NCBI RefSeq assembly: GCF_036677305.1
Contig: NZ_JAKFEB010000175.1
Location: forward strand, 336 to 64,335
Direction of reading: 5' to 3'
DNA from: Brevundimonas sp.
GTDB taxonomy: Bacteria > Pseudomonadota > Alphaproteobacteria > Caulobacterales > Caulobacteraceae
Length of the DNA: 64,000 nt
Program-made: the position numbers and the translations under genes
Shown: piece by piece, positions 9,290-18,426 of the stretch
Position numbering within the stretch: the stretch's first letter is position 1
Layout: the number at the start of each line of letters is the position of its first letter
Notes under the pieces: model-generated
What the model saw: only the letters and a program-made list of their open reading frames with translations
Databases searched by the model: none
Told to the model about the DNA's origin: nothing

Positions 9290-9314
9290 CCGCTCCCGTC
9301 CCGCCAGATTGAGT

Positions 9315-9326
9315 ATCGTATACGAT
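9315..9326. promoter_or_regulatory. Perfect palindrome ATCGTATACGAT, candidate GntR operator (copy 2)
   Basis: Identical to 5524-5535. Centred in the 76-bp divergent region between the prolidase start (9289, -) and the TauE-like permease start (9366, +). Confidence 0.55.
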
Positions 9327-9365
9327 CGTGCTCAGGTGGGCGACGAACGGCAAGGGGGGAAGACC

Positions 9366-10241
9366 TTGGTCCTGACAATTCTGCTGACCGCGCTCGCCCT
9401 GCTGGCGACGGCCTTCATCGGGGTGCTGGGGCGGGCCGCCCTGAAGCGCCGGACCGGCGCGCCCGGACCGGAGGCGATCCTCCTCGGCGCGGTCGCCAAT
9501 TTCTTCGACACCCTGGGCATCGGCTCCTTCGCTCCGACGACAGCGTGGCTCCGGTTCCGCAAGATGACGCCGGACAGTTTCATCCCTGCGACCCTGAACG
9601 TGGGCCATGCCCTGCCGACCATGGTGCAGTCGGCCGTTTTCCTGGTGCTGCTGGGCGTGCACGTCGACCCGACGCTGCTGGTGGCGTGCATCCTCGCGGC
9701 CGTCGCCGGCGCCGTGGTCGGAGCGCCGCTGATGGTCCGGGCGCCGGTTCGCGTGGTGCAGGGGATCGTCGGCGTCGCCCTGCTGATCGCCGCGGCCCTC
9801 TACGCCATGAGCAACCTCGACCTGATGCCGATCGGCGGAACCGCGACAGCGTTGGAGCCGCGCCTGCTCTGGATCGCCGTCGCCGCCCATTTCGTCATGG
9901 GCATGCTGATGGCCTTCGGGATCGGCCTCTACGCCCCGTCCCTGATCCTCCTCAGCCTGCTGGGTCTCGATCCTCGCCTGGCCTTCCCGGTGATGGCCAG
10001 CGCCTGCGCCTTCCTGATGCCGACGACCGGCTTCCGCTACATCCACGCCGAGCGCATCGATCTGCGGATCGTGATCGGCATCGCGCTCGGCGGGATTCCG
10101 GCCGTTCTCATCGCCGCCTTCCTCGTCAAGGAGATGCCGATCGAGCCGCTGCGCTGGGCGGTCGTGATCGTGGTCCTCTACGCCGCCGTGCTGCTGCTCA
10201 GGGCGGCGTTCTCGGCCCGGCCGGACAGATCGCTGAGGTAG
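9366..10241 (+). CDS. TauE/SafE (DUF81) family membrane permease
   Basis: Within ORF 9225..10241. I start at the in-frame TTG at 9366 (MVLTILLTALALLATAFIGVLG), preceded by GGGGGAAG. The protein is hydrophobic throughout, with Gly-rich TM helices typical of DUF81. The start is uncertain. Confidence 0.6.
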   Translation: MVLTILLTALALLATAFIGVLGRAALKRRTGAPGPEAILLGAVANFFDTLGIGSFAPTTAWLRFRKMTPDSFIPATLNVGHALPTMVQSAVFLVLLGVHVDPTLLVACILAAVAGAVVGAPLMVRAPVRVVQGIVGVALLIAAALYAMSNLDLMPIGGTATALEPRLLWIAVAAHFVMGMLMAFGIGLYAPSLILLSLLGLDPRLAFPVMASACAFLMPTTGFRYIHAERIDLRIVIGIALGGIPAVLIAAFLVKEMPIEPLRWAVVIVVLYAAVLLLRAAFSARPDRSLR

Positions 10242-11488
10242 TTGCGCCGGGCAATCCAGAAGACCAGCGCCGCCGCGATGCTGATCAGCGGAATGACCTG
10301 GAAGGCGACGTCCAGACCCAGCCGGTCCGCCAAGGCGCCCGTCGCGATCGGCCCGGGGGCCAGACCCAGCAGATTGTTGGCCAGGGTCAGGGCCGCGAAG
10401 GCGGCGCCGTGAACCGCGGCGTCGGTCAGATTGGCGACCATCGCGCCCGACGGACCTGTGACCCCCGCGGCGACGAACAGCCCGGCGGCGATGACCAGCA
10501 GCTGCGTCGGGCCGGCCGGCATGCGGAAGGCGATCGACAGCAGGACGCAGCACAGCAGGCAGAGAACGATCGCCAGCGTCGCCTTGCGCTCTGGCGCGCG
10601 TCGGCTCAGCCGGTCGCTGAACATGCCCCACAGGACCATGCCCGCGCCGCTGAGCAGCAGCAGGCCGGCCGCGGTCACAGCCGCCTTGTCGGGGGCCATG
10701 CCGTGATAGCGGTTCAGATAGCTGGGCATCCAGACGATCATCGCGCCGCTGATGAACAGCTGCAGGCCGCTGCCGACGTAGGCGCACAGGACGGACGGGG
10801 TCGAAACCAGGCTGACGAGGCTGCGCCGGAAGCTGGGCCGCGGCGCGCCCGCGACAGCGGTCGTCTTCGGACCGGTGATGCGGGATTCCCGAACGATCAG
10901 GGGATAGAGGATGGCGAGGACCAGGCCGAATACGGCCATGGCGGCGAAGGCGGCGCGCCATCCGAACTGGGCGGCGAAAACCCCGCCCAGCGCCACGCCC
11001 AGGACCGAGCCGGCCATGCCGCCGGCCATGAAGGCGCCGGCCAGGGTCGCGCGCATGTTCACGGGAAAGACGCTGATGACCACGGCGATGCCGACGCTGC
11101 CGTAGGCCGCCTCGCCCAGTCCGACGAGGAAGCGGGCCAGCAGCATCTGGTCGAACGACTGGGCCACGGCGCAGCCCAGGGTGGCCAGGCTCCACAGCAC
11201 CGCCATGGCGACGATGCTGCGCACGCGGCCGAACCACTCGGCCAGCAGGGACAGGGGGAAGGTCAGCAGGCCGACCATGAGGGCGACGATGCCGCTCAGC
11301 GAACCCAGCTGGGTGTCCGTCAGCGCCCATTCCGCCTTCAGCAAGGGGAAGACGGCGTTCAGCACCTGGCGGGACATATAGTCCGAGATCAGCAGCCCGA
11401 AGGTCAGGGCGAAGATCACCCAGGCATAGCCGAGCGGCACCTTCACAACGGGTGTGTGCGCGTCAGCGGTGACGGAGTGGGTCGCCAT
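10178..11488 (-). CDS. MFS transporter
   Basis: ORF track, 436 aa with 12-TM-like hydrophobicity. The N-terminal region (LLISDYMSRQVLNAVFPLLKAEWALTDTQLG) looks MFS-like. The 3' end overlaps the convergent TauE-like gene by 64 bp. Confidence 0.8.
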   Translation of the reverse strand: MATHSVTADAHTPVVKVPLGYAWVIFALTFGLLISDYMSRQVLNAVFPLLKAEWALTDTQLGSLSGIVALMVGLLTFPLSLLAEWFGRVRSIVAMAVLWSLATLGCAVAQSFDQMLLARFLVGLGEAAYGSVGIAVVISVFPVNMRATLAGAFMAGGMAGSVLGVALGGVFAAQFGWRAAFAAMAVFGLVLAILYPLIVRESRITGPKTTAVAGAPRPSFRRSLVSLVSTPSVLCAYVGSGLQLFISGAMIVWMPSYLNRYHGMAPDKAAVTAAGLLLLSGAGMVLWGMFSDRLSRRAPERKATLAIVLCLLCCVLLSIAFRMPAGPTQLLVIAAGLFVAAGVTGPSGAMVANLTDAAVHGAAFAALTLANNLLGLAPGPIATGALADRLGLDVAFQVIPLISIAAALVFWIARRNYLSDLSGRAENAALSSSTAA

Positions 11489-11591
11489 AGGTCAGTTCCG
11501 GTCTCAACGGTCGATAGCACAGGCCCTTCACGGGCCGGCGACTTCGCCGGGATCAGGGCCCCCCGACCCACGCGATCCCGGCGAAGGAGCG

Positions 11592-12647
11592 TCAGCCCGC
11601 CACGCGAAGCGGCAGGCCACGCTCGCCCGGCTGGCGGTTGGGCGGCCAGCCGATCCTTGCAAGGGTTTCGTCGGCGCTCTTGTAGGTCTCGCCCAGCCTG
11701 TAGATGCGGCGGGCGTCCTCGCCGGTGGCGACGTCCCGATAGAGTTCGCGCGAGATGCGGACGATCTTCTCGATCTGCTGCACCGAGGTCATGCGTTCGC
11801 CCTTGCGGCCCCAGAGATTGTCCTCGATGCCGACGCGGGCGTGCAGCCCCATGGCGATGGCCATGGCGTTCAGCGGGTAGATGCTGCGCATGAGGCCCTC
11901 GATGGTCAGCACCGAGCCTTCCGGGCAGCGGTTGATGAACTCCATCATGTTGCGCGGGTTGGGGCCGTCGAGGCCGCCGCCGATGGCGACCCAGTTGAGC
12001 ACCAGCGGACCGGTGTAGACGCCGCGGCGGACCAGGCGTTCGACCGTCTCCAGCTGGCCGACGTCGCCCAGCATGAAGTGCGGCTGGATGCCCGAGGCCT
12101 GCAGACGCTTGAGGTGCTCCTCGACGAAGGCCGGCCCCGACGGGATCGTCATCTCGCGATAGGCCTCGCGATAGGCCGGTTCGCCCATGGAGGTTCCGCC
12201 GACGTCGTCGTCGGTCAGAAGCTCCATCACATTCATCTGGTTGACGTTGATGGCGATGGTGACCTGGTCGGGCTTGGGATCCAGCTCAGCCAGCATGTGG
12301 CGAGCCTCGTCGCCCAGCCATTTGGCGTCCTTGCCCTCGCCCTCGGGGGCGAAGGAGATGGACCCGCCGACCTGGAGGATCATGTCCGGCACCGCGATCC
12401 GCAGGCGGCCGAGCAACTCGTTGAACATCGACAGACGTTTGGAGCCCTTGCCGTCCAGTTCGCGGACGTGGACGTGCAGCACGGTGGCGCCCGCGTTCCA
12501 GCAATCGACGGCCTTCTGGACCTGTTCGTCCATGGTCACGGGGATGTCGTCGGAATCCCGGGGGAAGAACGACGGCGCATAGGGCGCCACCTGGATCACC
12601 AGCGGCTCCTGGTTTTCGGGGAGCAGGGAGTCGTCAAGGAAACGCAT
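11592..12647 (-). CDS. BKACE family enzyme (DUF849, 3-keto-5-aminohexanoate cleavage enzyme-like beta-keto acid cleavage enzyme)
   Basis: ORF track, 351 aa. The N-terminal TIM-barrel pattern, with metal-binding HVHVR (GATVLHVHVRELDGKGS), is characteristic of DUF849. Confidence 0.75.
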   Translation of the reverse strand: MRFLDDSLLPENQEPLVIQVAPYAPSFFPRDSDDIPVTMDEQVQKAVDCWNAGATVLHVHVRELDGKGSKRLSMFNELLGRLRIAVPDMILQVGGSISFAPEGEGKDAKWLGDEARHMLAELDPKPDQVTIAINVNQMNVMELLTDDDVGGTSMGEPAYREAYREMTIPSGPAFVEEHLKRLQASGIQPHFMLGDVGQLETVERLVRRGVYTGPLVLNWVAIGGGLDGPNPRNMMEFINRCPEGSVLTIEGLMRSIYPLNAMAIAMGLHARVGIEDNLWGRKGERMTSVQQIEKIVRISRELYRDVATGEDARRIYRLGETYKSADETLARIGWPPNRQPGERGLPLRVAG

Positions 12648-12697
12648 TGGGGGAGTCCTCCATATGGGTCGACCCGTGTGTTCCGGGCCGTGTCGGG

Positions 12698-13546
12698 TCA
12701 GTAGGGTTTGCAGCCGATGATGGCGGCGCGTTCCATCTTGCGGACGGCCGGCCAGTAGTCCTGGACCGCGTAGTGCTGGGTGCAGCGGTTGTCCCAGATG
12801 GCCACGCTGTTCTTCTTCCAGCGCCAGCGGACCTGGTATTCGGGGATGGCGGCGCGGCCGATCAGATAGGTGAGCAGGTCCGAAGCGCCCGGCGCGAAGT
12901 CCTGGCCGTAGCGGACGTTCCCGGGCCGGTGGAAATTCACGAAATGGGTGGCGAAGCCGCTGACGTAGAGCACCTTCTCGCCGGTCTCCGGATGGATGCG
13001 AACGACGGGATGCTCGGCGTCGGGATAGGCGGCCTTCAGCGCATGCCGCTTCTCGATCGGCATGGCGGCGCCGAACGAGGCCTCGATGCTGTGGCGCGCC
13101 CGCAGGTCGGCGATCTGCGTCTTGATGTGGTCGGGCAGATCCGCCCAGGCCTGGGCCATGTTCACCCAGATGGTGTCGCCGCCGACATCCGGGGTTTCGA
13201 GGCAGCGCAGCACGGCGCCCATAGGCGGGATTTCGCGCCAGGTCGCGTCGCAGTGCCAGGCGTTCTCATAGTGCTCCGGCGGGCTGTCGAGATCCTTGTA
13301 GATGCGGACGAGGCCCGGATTCTCCGGGTCGCTGCCGACGACCGGATGATCCTCCAGCTCGCCGAAGCAGCGGGCGAAGGCGACATGGTCGGCGGAGGTG
13401 ATGTCCTGATCGCGCAGGAACAGCACCTTGTGCTTCAGCAGCAGGGCCCTGATCTCGGCGAACAGCGCGGGATCGCGGGCGGCGTCGGCCAGGCTGACGC
13501 CTTCCAGTTCAGCGCCGATGTTACGTGTCAACGGGTGGACGAGCAT
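12698..13546 (-). CDS. TauD/TfdA-family Fe(II)/2-oxoglutarate-dependent dioxygenase
   Basis: ORF track, 282 aa. HxD iron motif in AWHCDATW, and TauD-like N-terminus (GAELEGVSLADA...LLKHKVLFLRDQDIT). Confidence 0.8.
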   Translation of the reverse strand: MLVHPLTRNIGAELEGVSLADAARDPALFAEIRALLLKHKVLFLRDQDITSADHVAFARCFGELEDHPVVGSDPENPGLVRIYKDLDSPPEHYENAWHCDATWREIPPMGAVLRCLETPDVGGDTIWVNMAQAWADLPDHIKTQIADLRARHSIEASFGAAMPIEKRHALKAAYPDAEHPVVRIHPETGEKVLYVSGFATHFVNFHRPGNVRYGQDFAPGASDLLTYLIGRAAIPEYQVRWRWKKNSVAIWDNRCTQHYAVQDYWPAVRKMERAAIIGCKPY

Positions 13547-13559
13547 CGGCGCGGTTTCC

Positions 13560-14537
13560 TCAGATCACGAAGATGGAAGAGCCGGTGGTCTTCCGGGCTT
13601 CCAGGTCGCGGTGGGCCTGGACCGCATCCGCCAGCTCGTAGCGCTGGTTGACCTCGATCCTGATGCGGCCGGCGGCGACATGGCCGAACAGTTCGCCGGC
13701 CAGTTCGGCCCTCTCGGCCGGGTCGGCGATGTAGTCGGCCAGGGCCGGGCGGGTGACGTACAGCGAGCCCTTGATGGCCAGTTGCAGCGCGTCGATCGGC
13801 GGGATGGGGCCCGAGGAGGTGCCGACGCAGACCAGCATGCCGCGGCGCCTTACCGAATCCAGCGAGCCGGCGAAGGTGTCCTTGCCGACGGTGTCATAGG
13901 CCACCGCGACGCCGACGCCGTCGGTGATCTCGCGCACCCGCCTGGCCACGTCCTCGTGGTCGTAGCGGATGATGTGGTCGCAGCCGTGGGCGCGGGCCAG
14001 TTCTTCCTTCGCCTCGGTCGAGACCGTACCGATGACGGTCAGGCCCAGCAGCCTGGCCCACTGGCTGACGATCAGGCCGACGCCGCCGGCCGCCGCGTGC
14101 AACAGGATGGTGTCGCCGGCCTTCAGGGTCGGGCAGATCCGGCGCAGCAGGTAGGAAGCGGTCAGGCCGCGCATGGTCATGGCGGCGGCCGTCTCGAAAT
14201 CGATCGCCTCCGGCAGCTTGATCAACGATCCGGTCGGCATGACGCGGGCGGTGCTGTAGGCGCCCAGCGGGCTGCCTGTGTAGGTGACCCGGTCCCCGGC
14301 CTCAAAGCCCTCGACGCCCTCGCCGACGGACTCGATCACGCCCGCGCCCTCGACGCCGATCCCGCAGGTCGGCTTCACGGGATAGTAGCCGGTGCGGAAA
14401 TAGGTGTCGGCGAAATTCAGGCCGACGGCGGCGTGCTGGACACGCACCTCGCCCGGGCCCGGGGCGCCCACGAACGTGTCCTCATACTGGAGAACCTCCG
14501 GTCCTCCGGTCTCGTGAAACAGTACGGCTTTTTGCAT
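13560..14537 (-). CDS. MDR-superfamily NAD(P)H:quinone oxidoreductase-like dehydrogenase/reductase
   Basis: ORF track, 325 aa. Cofactor motif LLHAAAGGVGLIV, and no structural-zinc cysteine cluster (zeta-crystallin type). Confidence 0.8.
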   Translation of the reverse strand: MQKAVLFHETGGPEVLQYEDTFVGAPGPGEVRVQHAAVGLNFADTYFRTGYYPVKPTCGIGVEGAGVIESVGEGVEGFEAGDRVTYTGSPLGAYSTARVMPTGSLIKLPEAIDFETAAAMTMRGLTASYLLRRICPTLKAGDTILLHAAAGGVGLIVSQWARLLGLTVIGTVSTEAKEELARAHGCDHIIRYDHEDVARRVREITDGVGVAVAYDTVGKDTFAGSLDSVRRRGMLVCVGTSSGPIPPIDALQLAIKGSLYVTRPALADYIADPAERAELAGELFGHVAAGRIRIEVNQRYELADAVQAHRDLEARKTTGSSIFVI

Positions 14538-14710
14538 TCTACTGGGTCTTCCGACGGGGGCTTGCAGGGCGGAACGGTACGGGCCGTTACCGCGCCACGC
14601 TCGCCATCCGGCGACACACGCTTTTCATTTCACGACACTGGGAGTAGGTGGGTTCCGCGTCTCGCGCCGCTTTCGCGGTGCGCCGGCGTCGCCGGGCAAC
14701 GGACTTCCGC

Positions 14711-15793
14711 ATGAGCACCCTGATACGCGCCGCGGGCCTTACCAATTACGTCAATGTGGCGTGCCAGGTCGGGCTCAATCCCCGGACCCTGTTGCGCAAG
14801 GTCGGGCTGAGCGAGGCCGCGCTCGCCGATCCCGATCTTCGCGTTTCGTCGAGTACTGTCGTCGCCCTGCTGGAAGAGTCGGCGCATGAATCCCGCTGTC
14901 CGACCTTCGGTCTGCGCATGGCGGAGGCGCGCCAGCTGTCGGACTTCGGAGCGATGAGTCTGCTGCTGACTCATCAGGCGACCCTCGGCGACGCCCTGCG
15001 CACCACGATAGCCTATCGCCACCTCTTCAACGAGGCGGTGGCCATCCATCTTGAGGAAGTCGGGGACACTGTGATTGTCCGGACGGAGGTGGTGACTGAC
15101 GCCTCCGCCTCGTCGCGGCAGGCCACGGAATTGGCCCTCGGCGTCCTGTTCCGGATGTGCAGCGCGCTGCTGGGCTCCCACTGGCGGCCGTACAGCGTCA
15201 ATTTCTGCCACGCGGCGCCGCCGGACCTGCAGGTGCACCGTCGCATCTTCGGAACCGCCGCGAAGATAGAGTTCAACAGCGACTTCAACGGTTTTGTCTG
15301 TTCCGCCGCGGACCTGAAACAGAAGAACCCCACCGCGGACCCGGTCATGGCCCGGTACGCGGAGCGTTTCCTGGAAACGCTTCCGGTGCCCAACGATCTG
15401 TCGGTCCTGCGGGACGCGCGCCTGGCGATCTATCTCTTCCTGCCGATGGGGCGCGCGACGATCGAGCTGGTGGCGCAGGCGGTCGGCCTGAACGTACGGA
15501 CATTTCAGCGGCAGCTGGAGGAAGCCGGCTCGACCTTCTCGGACCTGCTGACGGAAGTCCGCCGGGACCTTGCGCTCCGCTATATCCAGAACGAGCGGTA
15601 TCCCCTCGGGCGGGTCGCCGAATTGCTGGGCTACGCCATGCCCAGTTCCTTCACCCGCTGGTTCACCGCGCAGTTCGGAATGGCTCCGGCCCAGTGGCGC
15701 GCCGAGAATATCCGCAAGCGCGCGGCATTGGTCCGCCCCGGGGAACCGCACGGGCGCAACAGGCGCAAGCGCGGGACCCGGACAGCGTCGTAA
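14711..15793 (+). CDS. AraC-family transcriptional regulator (N-terminal ligand-binding domain + C-terminal dual HTH)
   Basis: Within ORF 14648..15793, using the ATG at 14711 (MSTLIRAAGLTNYV). C-terminal AraC HTH LVAQAVGLNVRTFQRQLEE...LGYAMPSSFTRWFTAQFGMAPAQWR. Divergent from the oxidoreductase operon. Confidence 0.85.
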   Translation: MSTLIRAAGLTNYVNVACQVGLNPRTLLRKVGLSEAALADPDLRVSSSTVVALLEESAHESRCPTFGLRMAEARQLSDFGAMSLLLTHQATLGDALRTTIAYRHLFNEAVAIHLEEVGDTVIVRTEVVTDASASSRQATELALGVLFRMCSALLGSHWRPYSVNFCHAAPPDLQVHRRIFGTAAKIEFNSDFNGFVCSAADLKQKNPTADPVMARYAERFLETLPVPNDLSVLRDARLAIYLFLPMGRATIELVAQAVGLNVRTFQRQLEEAGSTFSDLLTEVRRDLALRYIQNERYPLGRVAELLGYAMPSSFTRWFTAQFGMAPAQWRAENIRKRAALVRPGEPHGRNRRKRGTRTAS

Positions 15794-15970
15794 CTTCTGG
15801 CGGCTTTCCAGTCCGGGAATTCCTGGCGGCGCCGGAAGTCCCGGTCGCCATATGCCAAGTCCGTGTCGCGAAATGAAAAGGGCCTCCCCCCGGGCGATGA
15901 CAGGTTGCCGTTACTTGAGCGGTGTTCGACCGCCGGAAACAGGCCCGATCAACGGGCCATGGGGAAACGT

Positions 15971-18346
15971 ATGAAGGTTCGTCACGCATGGCTGCTGGCT
16001 GCTGTGTCGGCGCCGGCAATGCTCGCCGCCGTCGCTTCGCACGCGCAGGAGGCTCCTCAACCGAGCACGCTCGATGAGGTCATCGTCACCGCCCAGAAGC
16101 GGGAACAGGCTCTTCAGGAGGTGCCCATCTCGGTGACCGCCCTGACGACGGAAACGCTGCAGGAAGCCGGCGTCGTCGACATGAACAGCATCTCGGCGCT
16201 GGTTCCGTCGCTGAAGACGCAGGTGAGCTTCCAGCCGGTGGCGCAAGCCTACCGGATACGCGGCATCGGCTCCGAGCCCAGCATTCCGACATTCGAGCCG
16301 GAAGTCGGCCTGTTCATCGACGGCGTCTACATGCCCCGCTCCGGCCTCGGCGTGGGCGATCTGGTCGATGTCGCGCGGGTCGAGGTCCTGTCGGGGCCCC
16401 AGTCGACCTTGTACGGCAAGAACGTCAACGCCGGCGTGATCAACGTCGTGACCGAGGCGCCGGCCGAGGATTTCGAGGCCAGCTTTGCCGGGACCCTGTC
16501 CCAGTTGCAGGGCGGCCGCGACGCGACCGCCGTCCGTCTGGCCGGCTCGATTTCCGGCCCGGTCACCGACGACGTCCGCTTCCGCGTGACCGGCGTGACC
16601 TATGATCAGGACCACACCTACGAGAACCTGGTGGCCGGCGCCGGCGACGCCAACAGCATGCACCGCTACGCCGTGCGCGGCGAGCTGGCGATCGACCTCG
16701 GCGAAACGACGACCCTTCGTGTCGCCGCCGCCCGCAGCGAGATCTACGACACCGAGGCGATCAACCCGGAAATCTTCGTCCAGCCGACCTCGAGCTATCC
16801 GGCGGGACCGGGCGACAACACGATCTGGACCCTCCAGGGCCTCCTCGGCCCGATGTTCGGCGTGTCCCGCTGCCCGAACACCGACAGCCGGGACCGCGTC
16901 ATCTGCACCACCGACCCGACCCACACCGAGGGTTTCAACAACCTGATCTCCGCGACGCTGAACAGCGAGATCGCCGGCCTTGATTTCACGTCGATCACGG
17001 GCTGGTCCGACTACCGCTCGCGCACCACGACCTCGGACGTGGCCCAGACACAGCTTCCCCTGATCACCTATTTCGACACCCAGTCGGGAGAGGTCTTCAG
17101 CCAGGAATTCCGCCTGGCCTCGCCCGGCGGCGAGACCGTGGAGTGGCAGGCCGGCGCGACCTACCTGACCACCGAGTTCAATCGCGGCGATCACGGCCGG
17201 ACCCCGACCTTCGTCATGGGGCCGGCGGCTCGCTTCGTGCCGCTGGGCGCTCCGGCTCCCGCCGCCGCGCGCCTCGGGCAACCGGGAGACCAGGGCTTCC
17301 TGGATTCCAACTCGTCGTCCGAATACTACGCCGCCTTCGGACAGGCGACGTGGCGCATCAGTGAACAGTTCGCCCTCACCGGCGGCCTGCGCTGGCAGCA
17401 CGAGTCCAAGGAAGCCTCGGTGAACAACCGCTTCGTGAACTCGCCGGCCAACCCGCTGGGCATCAACGCCCTGAACGTCCTGCTCACGCCATCGTCGGTG
17501 AACGGATCCGTGGCGATCCCGGACATGGACAATGTCGTGGGCGCCCTGACCGGCGAATATCACCCGAACGAAGACACCATGTTCTATGCGACCTGGTCGC
17601 ACGGGGCGAAGTCGGGCGGGGCCAACATCGGCTTCGGCAACGCGCCGCTCGCGGCCCGTCCGTTCAAGCCGGAAAGCGTCGACAACTATGAAGTCGGGCT
17701 GAAGGTCGATCTGCTGGACAAGCGCGCGCGGCTCAGCACCGCAGCCTTCCATGCGGTCTACGACGACTACCAGAACGCCGGGTTCATCGGCGCCCAGTTC
17801 AACGTCAACAACGCCGAGGAAGTCGTCGTCGACGGGGTGGAGTTCAACGGCGCCTTCGTCATCGCCGATGGTCTGAACCTGACCGCCAGCGCCACCTGGC
17901 TGGACTCGCGCTACGAGAAATACACCGGCGGCGCCTGCCACGCTCCGTTCCCGCAGGCGCCCGCGCCCGCGCCCATCTCCTGCGACCTGTCCGGCAAACC
18001 CCTGCCCATCGCCCCCGACCTGAGCACCTCGATCGGCCTCGACTACGAGCGCCAGGTCGCCTGGGGCGAGGTCTACGCTCGCGGGGACTGGGCCTGGTCG
18101 TCGGAGTATTTCACCAACACCAACCTCGATCCGCGTCTGGTCCAGGAAGCCTATTCGCTGGTCAACGTCCGGCTCGGGTTCCGGACCGTGGATGGCTATG
18201 ACTTCTCGCTGTTCGCAAACAACCTCTTCGACGAGGCGGTCGTCGTCCAGGACGCCGTCACCACCCTGTTCGGCAAGGACCCGTCCTACCAACGCTTCCT
18301 CGCTCCACCGCGTGAGATCGGCGTGACGGTGCGCAAGGCGTTTTAA
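15971..18346 (+). CDS. TonB-dependent receptor
   Basis: Within ORF 15863..18346, using the ATG at 15971 (MKVRHAWLLAAVSAPAMLAAVASHAQE, a signal peptide) preceded by GGGGAAA. Plug motif LDEVIVTAQKREQALQEVPISVTAL. C-terminus VTVRKAF ends in an aromatic residue. Confidence 0.9.
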   Translation: MKVRHAWLLAAVSAPAMLAAVASHAQEAPQPSTLDEVIVTAQKREQALQEVPISVTALTTETLQEAGVVDMNSISALVPSLKTQVSFQPVAQAYRIRGIGSEPSIPTFEPEVGLFIDGVYMPRSGLGVGDLVDVARVEVLSGPQSTLYGKNVNAGVINVVTEAPAEDFEASFAGTLSQLQGGRDATAVRLAGSISGPVTDDVRFRVTGVTYDQDHTYENLVAGAGDANSMHRYAVRGELAIDLGETTTLRVAAARSEIYDTEAINPEIFVQPTSSYPAGPGDNTIWTLQGLLGPMFGVSRCPNTDSRDRVICTTDPTHTEGFNNLISATLNSEIAGLDFTSITGWSDYRSRTTTSDVAQTQLPLITYFDTQSGEVFSQEFRLASPGGETVEWQAGATYLTTEFNRGDHGRTPTFVMGPAARFVPLGAPAPAAARLGQPGDQGFLDSNSSSEYYAAFGQATWRISEQFALTGGLRWQHESKEASVNNRFVNSPANPLGINALNVLLTPSSVNGSVAIPDMDNVVGALTGEYHPNEDTMFYATWSHGAKSGGANIGFGNAPLAARPFKPESVDNYEVGLKVDLLDKRARLSTAAFHAVYDDYQNAGFIGAQFNVNNAEEVVVDGVEFNGAFVIADGLNLTASATWLDSRYEKYTGGACHAPFPQAPAPAPISCDLSGKPLPIAPDLSTSIGLDYERQVAWGEVYARGDWAWSSEYFTNTNLDPRLVQEAYSLVNVRLGFRTVDGYDFSLFANNLFDEAVVVQDAVTTLFGKDPSYQRFLAPPREIGVTVRKAF

Positions 18347-18378
18347 GCGGACGTCTCCTGACAGTTCCTGATACTCGT

Positions 18379-18412
18379 GGCGCGGCTGTTCACAGCCGCG
18401 CCATCTTTTTTT
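18379..18412 (+). terminator. Rho-independent terminator after the TBDR
   Basis: GGCGCGGCTG-TTCA-CAGCCGCGCC is a perfect 10-bp stem, followed by ATC and a T7 run. Confidence 0.85.
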
Positions 18413-18426
18413 GAAGTGACGACCCC

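Noticed and set aside
10178-10241. 64-bp convergent overlap of the TauE-like and MFS genes as a regulatory antisense feature
   Set aside because: It is probably just tail-to-tail overlap, or a slightly mis-set end. There is no structure or motif there and it cannot be evaluated without transcript data.
9366-13546. TauE-like permease + TauD-like dioxygenase (+ YeiH at 18427) as a taurine/sulfonate desulfonation system
   Set aside because: The genes are in different transcription units. The TauE-like gene shares its operator with the hydroxyproline locus, the TauD-like gene sits in an operon with BKACE and an MDR reductase, and no ssu/tau ABC transporter is present. It is kept only as an alternative hypothesis.
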